DNA from: Mizuhopecten yessoensis
Taxonomy: Eukaryota
NCBI RefSeq assembly: GCF_002113885.1
Contig: NW_018408382.1
Span: 189,693-253,692, forward strand
DNA length: 64,000 nucleotides
Direction: 5' to 3'
The notes under the pieces are model-generated. The model saw only the letters and a list, made by a program, of their open reading frames with translations. It was not told where the DNA came from and ran no database searches. Both the position numbers and the translations under genes were made by a program. Positions within the stretch are counted from its first letter, which is position 1; each line of letters opens with the position of its first letter. Positions 1 through 13,544 of this stretch are shown here, piece after piece.

Positions 1-1078
1 AGTATGATGGTTTTACTTTTAAGTTACATTTGTAAGGATACATGTGCTTATTATTACTATTATAACCCATTATATACCCAGGAATGACTTACGGTTTCAA
101 GGCACAGTAACGTACGTACACCATTCGATGAACATTATAAATTACTTTCAGTTTGATTGGCAATCATTATAAACCCAGCGATCTGATTAGGGATGACCGT
201 AAAATTAAAGTAGTCTTTTATCGACATAATTAATTGATCAAATGAAATTACATCAGTAGGTGGGCTTTCCTCTTAAAACATAAGCAATCAGCCATAAAAC
301 GTAGACTTCATTCCACGGTGACGATCAGGACATGGTTATCGTAACGGAGGAAATTTATATTTCACACGGAAATAGCACTTTTTACAACAACACAAAAGAA
401 ACATGGCGACTCATATTGAAGTCTACCTTGAAACATGCGAATATTGGCTGTACATATTTAATTTTCCATTGAATTATTCGCTTGTATGTCAATTCAAAAT
501 AATCGCACGTGTAGACCATTGGCCATTAGGATACTATCAACAAACCTCTGTGATTGAGAAGAACTTGAGAAATTGGTTGGTCAATGCAGGAGCCAGTGAG
601 ATTTCAGAGACTGCCAGCCACTCAGCAGAGAATGTGACATTCGATGGCTGTTAAGTTGACTGTCTTGCCCTACAGAATCTTTTAGCAAATTTAATAAATT
701 TGCGGATACATGAATTATTTCAGGTATCATACGAGAATCACATATGTTATTTTTTGCAGTCGTACAATTAATTGTATTACATACCGGCTATAATAAACAT
801 GTAAATGACATTAAAAATTACTTCATGACGTATTTGTTTAATTAATGTAACAGCCTAGCCTGCTTGCGTTTTTGTACACATTAGGAGCCTTGAAATATAG
901 GTCTATTTAAAACAACTTTGTTATTGTAATCAAATCAGCAGGTTAATGATGTATCCAAAATCAACTTAAAATAATCACTATTTGAATGATTATGAAGCAA
1001 AAGGTAAACCGGTCGAGCAAAGGATGATAGAATAAATATTGTCCATATATCAATGCGCTGGTTCCGTCGAACATAAAA

Positions 1079-1090
1079 CGGAAGTGACGT
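1079..1090 (+). promoter_or_regulatory. ETS-CRE composite motif (CGGAAGTGACGT) in the UBL4A proximal promoter
   Basis: Exact CGGAAGTGACGT about 45 nt upstream of the UBL4A ATG. This overlapping ETS/CRE half-site motif is known from housekeeping promoters; function here is inferred. Confidence 0.5.
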
Positions 1091-1135
1091 ATTTTTGGGA
1101 AATCCCTTGTCAAAACCCATGAGTGACCTGCTAAA

Positions 1136-4100
1136 ATGCATATTTACGTAAAAGTCTTGAAAGGAAACGAAATAGAAGTAGCAGTAAGTATGTTTTAAGG
1201 CTAAACATGAGCTGTTTTCACTTAAACGGTTTATTGTAAAGAAACCAAAACCATGATAATAAGATAAGCACGTTTCATACCGTAACACACGCAAAAAACA
1301 TGACCATGAATAGCAGGATCAACTGTTACACCGTCAACAACATTGGATATCATTGTCACCAGATATTAGATACACACAGTACACTATGAGTGTTTTAAAG
1401 CACATGTAATTAAAACCATGATAAAGAAAAGAGACCGTCTTTATAAGAAATATCAAAAGACTGGCAGTCAAATACAAAACCAACTGAGGCATACTTATTG
1501 GAACTTCATAGAAGACATTGTCTCTCCCAAAGCTGATACCAATTAATTCAATCTTATGAAAAGGTTCTGGACTTAAATAATGCCCAAAGATAGCATTTTT
1601 TTACCAGTCATGTGGATAAAGCTAACATCCAACACTGACAATTTCAGTTATTTCTATTTCTGATAGTTCTGATTAGTTCAAAAACATTCGACCAAGACTA
1701 TCCAATATATGGTATTATTACCCTGAAATTTCTCATTTCCACATAACAACTAAGGGTATTGAAAAGCTACTCCTCAAGCTAGACAACAAAGTTGCAGGAC
1801 AAGATCTCATCAAGCCTTAAGTCCTCAAGAAGTTAGCTACTGAAATATCTCTCATCCTCTGCCTCATCTTCCAACGATCCCTGGTTACCAGTCACGCTCC
1901 ATCTGACTGGAGGACGGCAGATATTGCCCCTGTATATAAGAAAGGCCCAAAATACAACCCAGTATATCTGTTGCAAGCTATTAGAGCACATCATTGTCAG
2001 TAACATCATGAACCATGCCGATACACATCAGATGCTTTACCACCTTCAGCATGGCTTCAGACAATCCAGATCATTTGAGAGTCAATTAATTGAGTTCATT
2101 GATGACATCACGAGTAACTTAAAACAGGAGAAGCAAACTGATGTTTTCAGATCATGGACTTCAGTAAGGCATTTGATAAGGTGAGCCACCCACTTTTTAA
2201 TCTACAAACTTGGGAGCTATGGTAGATAGGGGGCAAAGTCAACACCTGGATTCAAGTGTTAATTCTGTTCCTTTCCTTTTCATGCAACAACCATTTATGA
2301 CAAAATCTTCAACCAGTTGAAGTAGGGGTGTTGATAAACATATTCCAGTAAGTAAAGGAGCCCAACAATCTAGGATGAAAAGTGAAAGTTATTGTCCGCT
2401 GAAGGATGTTGTGAGATCCAAAATTATCAGAAAATAGGGCATGGCAAAGGTATATGGAAATACGAACAGAATTCAAGTACTGTACTTAGGTTCTGTATAA
2501 ACCTAAGAAATTAAGCGAAGGGTATGATGCGAAAAGCTCGAAAGGAAAATGAAAAATAAATTGCTTTAAAGGCCAAGTTGTACCCAAAACAATTTTGAAA
2601 ATATTTTAATTCATAACAAAAGGTTAAAACCGGAATTTCAGACTTGAAAGGTCTAGATGGAGAAACATCTAAAGTTTCATCAAAGGACAAGACTTTAGAT
2701 GATGTTTTGGCCAGTATTTTAGCAGTGTTTTCACAGATGAACCTTCGGGAGACATACAAATAATTGAAAAAAAAAATCGACTGAAGAGTACCTTTTATGT
2801 AAGACGGTATAATAAATCTCAAGATCCAGACCAAATGAACCCAAAAGTTAACATATCCCTATAGGACAGCATACATTGTTTTACCATCTGCATGGAAAGA
2901 AGCTGACATCAAAGCCAAATTAAAAAAGGAGCAAAATCAGACCCAGGAAATTATCAACCAATTAGACAACGGAAAAGATAGTGCAAAATGCCATTGAAAG
3001 CATATGAGAAACTCTTCGGTATCAATCAAATTAGATTTATTGGGTAGAAAACTTTCTTAATCAAAGGAAACAAAGGCAGGTCCAGTACACTCTGCCAATT
3101 GAGCTATATAGCTATGAAGACCTATATAGCTATATCCAGCTATAAATTATAGCTGTATTGAGCTATATTTTCTCAGATTTCAAATTTCATTAAATTAAAG
3201 CAGTCGCATAAAACAATAAGGTTAATGGTAATGTTGACTACAAAAAGCATACAGTTAGATGTTTATTTTCATTTTTCATAAATGTAAAATTTCCGATTTC
3301 TTTACATCATTTTTTTTAAAAAAGAATACTTATATTTAATGTCTTTTGTTATCAACCTAATGATACAATCTTCATTTAAATGCGGCTTTGTTCCGTTTTC
3401 CTTAAAAAAGAAAATCACATGAAAATAGCTCAAAAGACCTATTTCAGATAGGTCAATAGAGCTATTATAGGTCTTTACAGCTATATAGCTCAATCGGCAG
3501 AGTGTACTGGACCTGAAAGGGTAGCAGTAAATGGAAATTCATTAAAAGACCATTTCATTTGAAGCGGAATCCCTCAAGGTTCAGTTCTAGGTCCAATACT
3601 ATTTGTAATCTACATAAATGACCTGCCAAAATAAACCCTGTTGAATACCTTCTTGTTTGCCGACGACACAAAAAAAGCTATAGAGAAAATAGGTGGATTT
3701 AGGATAAAAAAGTGATTCAACATGACCTTGATAATTTACAGGTCTGGTTCAATATATAGACATGGCTTTTGAAAATCTACCTTCTTAAATGAAAACTACT
3801 TTCAGTAAAAGGAAAAGAAGTAAGAAGCTACCACATGGCTAAATTAGGAAGATATAAATTAAGCTAGGCTGGAAAAGACTCATCTTAAAAAATCATCGGA
3901 AGGCAAACAGCATTGTGGGGCTTAGTATGTTTGGACAAACATTTGTATGTTTGGATGAACCAGGTCACTTTTAAACAACTGTTTAAGGTGCTGGTCCACC
4001 TACACCTGGAATACTTGTGGCAAGTGTATGGATCCAATACAAAATGAAGAAAATTGAGAAGGTACAGTGAAAGGCAACAAAACCATGGCTGAATGATCTA

Positions 4101-7100
4101 TATAATTATGAGATATTTTCATGTCATCAAAGTTACTGCTGGTATCAATATCTTTGATAAAGATTCAACATCCAGAAAGAGGGGACATGCACAAAAAATA
4201 TAGAAAAAACATTGTAAATTAGATATTAGGAAGTTTTCCTTTGGCTACAGAACTGTTGATATATATGTAGCAGTCTTCCTCAAGTGGTCATACAGGCTAC
4301 AACAATTAGAGACTTTGGAATCAGTAGGAACTATCATTGGAAACATCTTGAACTGAAATTGAATCACCTACATGTGCACTAGCCTACTACAAATCTACAC
4401 CAACAGGAGTGACTTTTAAATGAAATTGTTATTTGATATGATATGATATGGACATAGAGGCAAGTAACTGCTTGCGTCCTTCAATGCATGTAGCCTAAAT
4501 CCTATTTAGGAAATAGTAAACAAATTACCATCTGTCATGTTTGAAAAGATGATAATACTCCTGTTATATTAAAGCCAATATTTCCATTTCTAATCCATGA
4601 TGCATGCAATGGTAAACCAGTTTCTTGTAACTATGAAGTATACACATAATTGACAATGGATGAATACCTGTCATCTGTACATCTCAATCATGAAATATTC
4701 ACATTAATGTTCATTGTTGAAATTGGAATGGGAAATGACTGATGTAGGTTTTGCCTGTTGTCACATCCTTTTGTTTTGAAACAATGAAAAATCTTGTAAA
4801 TCAAATAAATTATAATTTGAAAAAGTACTCGACAATGTGAGCTTGCAAACAGTGTTTTTGATTGGCAAACAGTCTTGCCAATCAAAAAAACCATAACTCA
4901 ACAATTGCTGATTTTAACTGATTTTGTTGGATTCAGGAAAACCTCTGTATCCTAGTTGTTTCGCCCCAGATCCTGTTAACATACTGTACATGTTTTTCGC
5001 CCTGAATCCAGTTTGTCCAGGGTTTTTCCCTCCTAATTTATATTATGTTTTGCAAACAATTATGGGAAGAAATTCAGGAATGCTGTGTGGAAATCTGGTC
5101 TATTATGTATGAGTCCAGAGTCCTAAATATTACATCTCTCCGAGTATAATGACCGAGAAGACTAAGACGTTCGGTTTGGTTTGTTTGTGTTTAACGTCCT
5201 ATTAACAGCTATGGTCATTCAAGGAGGTGCCAGGTTTTGGTGGTGGAGGAAAGCTGGAATTCCCAGAGAAAAACCACCGACCTACAGCCAGTACCTGGCG
5301 ATTGCCCCACGTAGGCCTTAAACCAGCAACCCAGTGGTGGAGGGCTAGTGGTAGCAGAATGATGGAGGCCTTAATCACTTAGCCACCGTGAGACTAAGGG
5401 AAAGTTTAAATACGACTATAAGCTTTGAACTAATAAACATGCCAGAAAAAATTGTCCTACAAATTCTTTTTGTGGTTAAACAACCAAGGATGAACATACA
5501 CGACTTGCGGTGAAACCACCAAAGACCAACCAGTCGGTATTTTGATATTTAAACAGCAATATAATCCAGTATGTGTTCACCTACATTGTATACAAAGCCG
5601 TACACACATGTTACACCCTGTAAAACTTGTACCTGTACATTGTGATAATTACATTTATCCTATAACTACCGGTATGTTGTTTTCCATACATCGAACCGAG
5701 ACTTGTGTAAAGGTGTATGATAGCTATAGTCGTACAATCAACATATTGTCTGGCATGGCATACTTTAGTGTTTTTAAGGATATTACCTGACAATGCTTTG
5801 TTAACTGTGTAGATCAATACACACATGTGACACTCCGTCATCTATAAAAATTGAATTCATCCCATCTTGTTTAATGTTTCACATATCAAACTGAAATTTT
5901 GTCTGTTGGCATATTATAGTCATTCAAATAACATTCTGATGTTGCTTACTTTATTTAGTATTTTTAAACATTTTGTCTACTTACATTGCCCCGCAACTTT
6001 TTACAACACAGATGGTCTTATAAACATGTACAAATTACTAGGATTGCTTTTAACACTAGCCAGATTTGAAAACCAACATATCTCATGATCATCGATCAGT
6101 TGTTTAGTGTTTTCATGCTGCAATGATGTTAGTAACTATGATTTCAAATTGTTAAAGGTATCCCCAAGTCATACCATAGAAGATGTAAAAGCCATTTTGG
6201 AGATGCAATTTTGTATGCCTGCCGCTCAGCAGAAACTGGTATACAAGGGGAAGACACTCACAGGTAAACAAAATACATTATTTTATTATTTTTAAAACAG
6301 AGTTTTGAGTTCTTGACTCATCATTTTTAGGTTGGAACTCAACCTGTTTGGAAAAACCTCACAAATATATACAAAAAGTAGCACAATAAGTTTCAAAACC
6401 AGTTTTGTCTGCCATAATCGCCTAGATCTATATTTAGAAACTTAATCAAGTCTGTGAAACGTGCTAGCTTTTGATTACAGCCATTAATTCATCTGTATTT
6501 TGTTAACACTTACAACCCTATGTAACTTAAGTAGACTCAACATTGCACTGATTTGGATGAGTCCATTATTGTCGTAAGTGTTGGAGGGGTTAAACTATTC
6601 ATTGAGGGTACAATTATAACATGTAAAATATCTAGGCTAAAAGAAAACATCAGTCAACTGTACTCTTGTTGTCTCCATTTCTATTTCTTCTGTCGACTCA
6701 ATTATAATTACAGTGCCAGACAACTTATTCAGGTCAGGTAAAAACTAATAAAACAAAAAAAGAAAAATGATAAAATATCAGTAATGGAGTTACCGGTATT
6801 TACTCTTAAATCGTAGACAATGTGTTCAGATATCTCACCGATTAATATGCATACTATATTCTGTATACATAACACTCATTTCTAGATAATATACCAGATA
6901 TTCCTACCAAAACAATTGAGTAATTTAGAGGCAAACATGCAACATTTCATCTGAAAATATTGATGTTTTAAAAACTTCCATTTCAAATTTCCTACTTGAA
7001 TCACTATATTGTACTCTGTTGATGAAAAATCAAAATAAGATAGTGATTGCTGTTATTTCAGATGGAAAAAGACTCTCAGATTATCACATTTCTGATGGCG

Positions 7101-7850
7101 ACAAACTGTTTCTTTTCCAAAAGAAGGGTGATATGTCTGGTGCGAGTACACCCATAACACCAGGCCAGACATCTGTAGGGACACCCATCCTACCAAGTGA
7201 AATGGGGTCCTGCACCACCACAGTTCTATGGGATAAACTTTATGAATTCCTTCAGAGACATTTTACTAAATCAGATGCACGGAAGGTCCTATTAGAATTT
7301 CAAAAGGTGAGAAAATCCTCTGGTATTTTGTGTAATGTGTCATATTTTGATTATATAAATTTAATATTTGTGAAGTATTTGGAAACAATTTTCTTGACAT
7401 CTCATTCATAGAATTGTATCTAAACAATTTTTATAATGAGAAATATCTATTTCTTAAAACAAAGATAAGCTGCAAAGTTTGTGGTTATAAATAAATCTGA
7501 AAAAGCTGTGATTTTATGATATTGGTTATAACATATGCAGAATTGTTAAAGATTTTTTTTGTATAATAATATAGACACACAAATATTGCACATTAAATAT
7601 ATAAACACATGACACTAAAACATCCAGGAAACACTTTCAGTGCTGATTTTTCAATTGACATTTGTTTTACATAAGAATACATTGAACAAGTATAAATAAT
7701 TTAATTTACATACTGACATCTGCTTTAATCTTTCAGGATTTCTATGGGCAGCTGAAAAATTTAAGCCTGGACGATATAGAGAGACTAGCAGCCAGCAAGC
7801 TACGTGTGAATGCTAACGGAAATGTAAACGGACATGAGCGAATGACTTGA
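1136..7850 (+). CDS. UBL4A: Ubiquitin-like protein 4A (GET5/BAG6 complex subunit), 4 coding exons, 170 aa
   Basis: Exons 1136-1183 (MHIYVKVLKGNEIEVA), 6158-6263 (VSPSHTIEDVK...QQKLVYKGKTLT), 7062-7306 (DGKRLSDYHISDGDKLFL...VLLEFQK), 7737-7850 (DFYGQLKNLSLDDIERLAASKL...T*). All introns are GT-AG and the phases join. Has an N-terminal ubiquitin-like domain plus the C-terminal LSLDDIERLA (TUGS) motif diagnostic of UBL4A. Confidence 0.92.
1395..2262 (+). mobile_element. Decayed CR1/L2-type LINE ORF2 fragment (N-terminal part of RT) in UBL4A intron 1
   Basis: Frameshifted translation includes VLKKLATEISLILCLIFQRSL, DWRTADIAPVYKKG, CKLLEHII, QHGFRQSRS and MDFSKAFDKVSH, typical non-LTR RT motifs. 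Confidence 0.85.
2330..4505 (+). mobile_element. Second decayed CR1-type LINE (RT core to 3' end), interrupted by a MITE
   Basis: RKQR/VAVNG (split by the MITE), SGIPQGSVLGPILFVIYINDLP and FLFADDTK at about 3560-3670, followed by degenerate CR1-like C-terminal motifs. Many stops and frameshifts. Ends are approximate. Confidence 0.8.
3077..3515. mobile_element. Non-autonomous DNA transposon (MITE), 439 bp, CAGG...CCTG termini, 5-bp TSD AAAGG
   Basis: TIR CAGGTCCAGTACACTCTGCC(A/G)ATTGAGCTATATAGCT at both ends, continuing imperfectly inward. AAAGG at 3072-3076 and 3516-3520. Removing the element restores the LINE frame NQRKQRVAVNG. Confidence 0.9.
5173..5390 (-). mobile_element. tRNA-derived SINE copy
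   Basis: Minus strand begins CGGTGGCTAAGTGATTAAGG (A-box-like), has a GGTTTTTCTCTGGGAATTCCAGCTTTCCTCC core and an (AAAC)n-type tail. A related copy lies at 53281-53460. Confidence 0.65.
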
Positions 7851-9316
7851 CATTTAATTACACTTTATTATATCTTTGCAATTTTATCTTTATTATGTGT
7901 CATCTGGAATGGTCTAAAACTAACATGATTAGGAGTTGATATACATATATATATAGGAAAGTTGTGAAAATTCCTTGTTTAGTGAATTATTGTAAACTTT
8001 AATTACCAGCTGTAGTTTTTTCTTTTCTTTTTTTTTTAAATTTTCAAATTCAGTAAGTTAAAGAGTGTGGAACTAACTGTTAACTGGTTTCATGTCCAAG
8101 TTCTATCAAGGTAGAGTCTTTGTCAGATATTGGGTGTTTTAAATTCAAACATTTTAAAATTGCTATGGGGTAGATTAAAGAAAGGATATGAGAACACAAG
8201 ATGCACAGTATTTTTAACAATTTCCTGGTACATGTAATACACCTATGTAAAACAATGAATACACTTTGAAAGTAAATTACTATTACAGTTTACTTCATAT
8301 TTTCCACCCAAAGTAAAGCCATTGAAGAAAATTTCCCAACACTCCACTTTTATATTGAATGTTTTTTTTTATGTCAACCTATATGATGTGTTTATGTGAA
8401 AAGAGTTTGAAATAATTTGTCATAAAATCTGGAAATAAACAATGTCCACCTCAAGAGCAATAGAATTTCATAGAGATACTGTTACATAGTCACATTTTGA
8501 CTCAAATTAATTTTATTATAAAGGATGGATATATTCTGTTTTGTGTTAATTATTTATTCAGGTTTTCAGTGAATCAATTACAATATATAGATTGCATATA
8601 TTTTATCGTTCATAACTTTGCAAATTTCATAGGATACTTGAATTTGTGATCAATGCTTATTACATGAATTTTATTAATATCATGACATATATAAGTAAAT
8701 CTAAATGTATTATTAAACCTTTTTTAATGATTTGTTTCGTCTGTTTTATATGAACATGTACATTGTATGTTGAAATAATTGTGTACTGATAATTATGACA
8801 GCAAGTTGATTTTCTGTGGGAGTTCCAAATTTTGCTGACTGTGATAAAGGCACATTGTTTATACATGCGTTGTATGACCTGGTGACATAACTGGTAGAAA
8901 TATCCGACCAAGTGAATGTGGACTAGAAGTGTAGGATTCCTAGGAGTCTGAAACTATATATGTTCATCGTCACTTTTTACTAATAATTGACTTATGTGTC
9001 TTTGATATCCATTAAAGTATTTGAAATCATTTTACGTTTTATGATTTTATTTTTGTACTGGTAAAGGTGGCTGAAAGTTTACATGTTTTCGTACCTCTGG
9101 CGTTGGTGAAGCATACATATATATGCTTGAAAGAAAAAGCATACACTAAAATCACAACAAGAGGCCAGAAGGGCATGTACAACTAACCAGGTTATATGCA
9201 AACAAAGCAAAATATTCTCATTAAAATTAATATTGAGTATAAGTTGCCAGGGGTGCTACTGGATCCAAAGATTCATTCTGAAAGCATTTATGTTTCAAAA
9301 TCTTCTTTCTCAACAG

Positions 9317-10340
9317 TTATTAGCTTACCGGGTCTGAAGGATCAAGGTGAGCTTATGCCATACCGTGGCGTACGTTGCAAATTTCTTCAAACAACTTCTC
9401 CTTAACCACTGATTTGAATTTAACTAAATTCAACTGGAAGCATCCATAGGTGGTGGGGATTCAAAATTGTACAAATGGTGGGGCCGAAAGGGGGTTATTT
9501 GGCTTTATTGCTATAAACGACTACTTACGTAGAACTATGCACTGGATATCAATCATATTTGGTAGGAAGAATTCATGGGAGGTGGGGATTCAAAATTGTA
9601 CGAATGGTGGGGCTGAGGGGTGGGACCAAAAAGGTTTTTTTGGCTATATTCTTTAGGCGATTTCTCTGGAACTATGATCTGGATATCTACCATCTTCTAC
9701 TGAAAGAACCCCTAGGTAGTGGGGATTCAATATTGTACAAATGGTGGGGCTGAGGGGCAGAGCCAAAAGGGGGCAATTTGGCAATATTGCTATAAACGAC
9801 TTCTGTAGAACTAAGCACTGGTTATCAATCATATTGGTTGGATCCATGGCCACACCCCTAGGGACCTAGTTTTTGAGTCACAACTTGGAAACAGTTGAGA
9901 TACCCACCCTATAAGGATACAAACAATTGCTGAGTACAAAGAGACGAATGCACATATGCTTCCAGGATTGGCGCGGGGGTCTTGCCCCACCCTTGGAGAT
10001 TTAACCCCTGGGTCATAACTTTGAAATGGTTGTGATCCCTACCCAAAAACTATATATATACAATTGCTGGGCATAAAGAGAAGAATGCAGTCATGATATT
10101 AGAATTGACCCTTGGGTCTGGCCACAAACCTAGTTTCTGGAACACAACTTGGAAACAATTGAGATCTCCGACACAATAACCATACATACAATTGCAGGGG
10201 ATGCAAAAATTTAATTTTAGATATTCTACAAGGATTGGCCTTGGAGTTTGGCCCTATCCCTGGGATCTTATTTGGAAAATATTTTGCGATGATTTCTTAG
10301 ATATCACGATGAGTGATACAGGCCCTCAGGGCCACTTTTT
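9317..10340 (+). mobile_element. Helentron-type non-autonomous element (HINE-like) with diverged internal repeats
   Basis: Starts TTATTAGCTTACC...GGTGAGCTTATGCCAT, contains about 3 repeats with GTGGGGATTCAAAATTGTAC, and ends GATACAGGCCCTCAGGGCC. Same architecture as 47174-48379. Confidence 0.6.
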
Positions 10341-10482
10341 TCCATATATATGTTACACAATGTGTGAATATAAAGGGAATTGTATTACTTGCGATGCCTT
10401 GTTAATACATTTTGAATGCTCCCACCTGAGAATGCCTTCAACCATATAAGATCAATATCATCTCGTAGCTTTAGAGAAGGAG

Positions 10483-10776
10483 TCCCTAGAAGCAATAAGG
10501 TAAAATTCTCCCTTAACCCTGTGGGGTCAGCCCCTCCTTTTCTAAGGTAAAACTCTCCCTTTTTCCGTGTGGGGTCCGCCCTTCCTTTTCTAAGATAAAA
10601 CTCTCCCTTTTTCCGTTTTGGGTCAGACCCTCCTTTTCTAAGGTAAAACTCTCCCTTTTTTCGTTTGGGGTCAGCCCTTCCTTTTCTAAGGTTAAACTCT
10701 CCCTTTTTCCATGTGGGGTCAGTCCCTCCTTTTCTAAAGTAAAACTCTCCCTTTCTCCCTGTGGGGTCAGCCCTTC
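10483..10776. repeat. 48-bp minisatellite, about 6 copies
   Basis: Unit TCTAAGGTAAAACTCTCCCTTTTTCCGTGTGGGGTCAGCCCTTCCTTT. It produces the repetitive ORF 10513-10803. Confidence 0.9.
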
Positions 10777-11499
10777 AAACCAAATTTGGTTGATATACAT
10801 CACATAAATTTCAGATAAATTGCTAAATGCAACATGGCCATGTTATCCATTTTGGCCTTTTCTGTCTTTCCATTTGGAGGTCATTCCCCTTTACATTTCT
10901 GTTTTGGAATCCTAACCCGAGGATTTATCCAGAGTGATATTCCAATCAGCTGTTCAGAAGAACTATTTTGTTGATGATGGATGTCACAGTATTGCTTGAG
11001 GATTTTAAGTGAATAAAAAAAGACAAAAAACAACAACCAAGAATTCCTTTTCTTTATTGGATATCGGTGTAGGCAAATGGTAAATGGTTACAAAGTCCTG
11101 CACCAATATTTGTTTACATGATATTGGAAAGTGCATTACAAGAAGCATGATTAGTAATCTTTTTCAACATAACAATACATCAGTTGTATTATACCGCTGA
11201 AGACTTAAAACATTTAAGTGAAGCTGAAGTAACGTGCCTATACTGGTACTCTTGGCAGGATAATGCCCACATCATGAAAATGGTCGTTCACATTTTTTCT
11301 CCAAAATTAATCATTTAAAATCCTTTCAAATATTTGAACATTACTATAATTGCTATTGTTTATCACAAATATTATTTGCCCTCAAACAATGGATGGTGTA
11401 CATTTATATAGACATTCATTGTATATTAACATATACAACATAACAATTATTGCAATACAGTACAATAACATCTTTTTCTCACAATCTGATTCTCTAGGT

Positions 11500-12150
11500 C
11501 AAACTTATGCAGTGTAATGTTCTAAAACATCGTTGCATTTAAAAAAGGATACATACATTCTTTAAGATTACTGATTCTCTCCCAATCATGCAGTGTAATG
11601 TTCTAATACATTCACTTTTAAAACGAAACATTCAATACCATTTGTGGTTCAGTCACACTCGTGCAGTGTAATGTTTTAGTTAAAACATTGTTGCATTTAA
11701 ACAGATACACTACGTACCATCAATGATTCCCTCGCAATCATGCAGTGTACCGTAATGGTCTGATCATTTTTAAAGGATACTTTCCAGACCATTCCTGATT
11801 CTCTCTCACAATCGCACAGTGTAATGCTCTAATCACGTTTAAAGGATACGTTCCATACGATTTCTGATTCACCCAGTCAGACTCATGTCATGTAATGTTT
11901 TAAAACAACAGCATTTTAAAGGAATATATTCATACCATTTCTTACTCTCCCAATCCCAGTCCTGTAGACTATTGTTCTAAAACAATCATTTTTAAAAGGA
12001 CACATTCCCGTAACATTTCTCATTTTCTCAGTCACAGCCATGCTGGGTCATGTTCTAAAACATCTGTGCTTTTAAAATGATACATTCCATACCATTTCTG
12101 ATTTTCTCAGTCACACTCATGCATACTTGAATGTGTAATGTTCTAAAACA
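11500..12150. repeat. Diverged tandem repeat of about 75 bp, about 9 copies
   Basis: Recurring CATGCAGTGTAATGTTCTAAAACA...TTTAAAGGATACATTCCATACCATT. Confidence 0.75.
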
Positions 12151-12695
12151 AAATCTTTTTTCCATTCTTGTTGTCACCTGGTTCATATAACATTTCATGT
12201 ATACAACTCATCTATCAATGACAATTGTGGAATATTTATCTACTTTCTTACTTTTACAGTCAATTAAATGATGGTTTTCCAAGCAATGATTTCCAATACT
12301 TAAAGTGTTATCATATTTTACCATACAGTATAGAATTAAATATTAGAGAATATATTATGACGAGAGTGTGATACTTAGGACGATCTTAAATAATAATAAG
12401 CCAGCTGTACCATAGCTAAGATATTTCTATGAATGGATACAGAATGAAGCTACTTCAACTTTGACAAATGCGGTTTGATAGGTTCCGTAAATACAAACAT
12501 AGGTTAATATAACTTAATATTTGAACTTAATTTGTGACTGGATCAAACTGAGCGAAAAATTCTAAAACTCATCTTTTAAATCATGTTTCACAAGTGACAT
12601 TATTGGCAAGTTTAATTCCTTGATTACCCATCCTTAAAATTATCTCACTTTGTATGTTTGAGAATTCGAAATTACAAAAAAACCCTAAACAGCTT

Positions 12696-13544
12696 AACAA
12701 GAGGCCCATGGGCCTTAACGGTCACCTGAGTCCTACAATATTTATTTTTGTTGTTGAAATATGTACCAATTTGAGTAAAAAATAGTATAATGTTAACTTA
12801 ACTTTGTCAGGACCATGAGCTGATCATTCCTAGACCAATTTTAAGTGAGATCGGCCTATTAGAACTTAGTAGCAAAATAGCGGCCATGGCAGCCAAATTG
12901 TATTTCTGATTGACCCGAAAAATAACAACACTTTGTCAGGACCATGAGGCGATCATTCCTACCAACTTTCAGTTCAATCGGTCCAGCAGAACTTGACTTT
13001 AAGTTTGAAATAGGTTTTCAAAATGGCGGCCGTGGCGGCCATATTGGATTTCTGATCGACCCGAAAAATAACAACACTTTGTCAGGACCATGAGGCGATC
13101 ATTCCTACCAACTTTCAGTTCAATCGGTCCAGCAGAACTTGACTTTAAGTTTGAAATAGGTTTTCAAAATGGCGGCCGTGGCGGCCATATTGGATTTCTG
13201 ATCGACCCGAAAAATAACAACACTTTGTCAGGACCATGAGGCGATCATTCCTACCAACTTTCAGTTCAATCGGTCCAGCAGAACTTGACTTTAAGTTTGA
13301 AATAGGTTTTCAAAATGGCGGCCGTGGCGGCCATATTGGATTTCTGATCGACCCGAAAAATAACAACACTTTGTCAGGACCATGAGGCGATCATTCCTAC
13401 CAACTTTCAGTTCAATCGGCCCAGCAGAACTTGACTTTAAGTTTGAAATGTAAAATGTTAACGGACGACGGACGACGACGGACGACGACGGACGAAAACA
13501 GATAGCAATAGGTCACTTGAGCTAAAGCTCAGGTGACCTAAAAA
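12696..13544 (-). mobile_element. Helentron-type non-autonomous element (HINE) carrying a 146-bp tandem array and GAC microsatellite
   Basis: One end AACAAGAGGCCCATGGGCC...GGTCACCTGAG, other end GGTCACTTGAGCTAAAGCTCAGGTGACCTAAAA. Near-identical 146-bp units (GTCAGGACC at 12935, 13081, 13227, 13373) and GACG/GAC repeats near 13463-13493. Matches the described bivalve HINE layout. Confidence 0.8.

Noticed and set aside
1924-2184. 86-aa ORF as a host gene or active reverse transcriptase
   Set aside because: It is a fragment of a frameshifted LINE relic.
10513-10803. Repetitive 96-aa ORF (EKEGLTP...)
   Set aside because: It is a translation of a 48-bp minisatellite whose length is a multiple of three; no other coding evidence.
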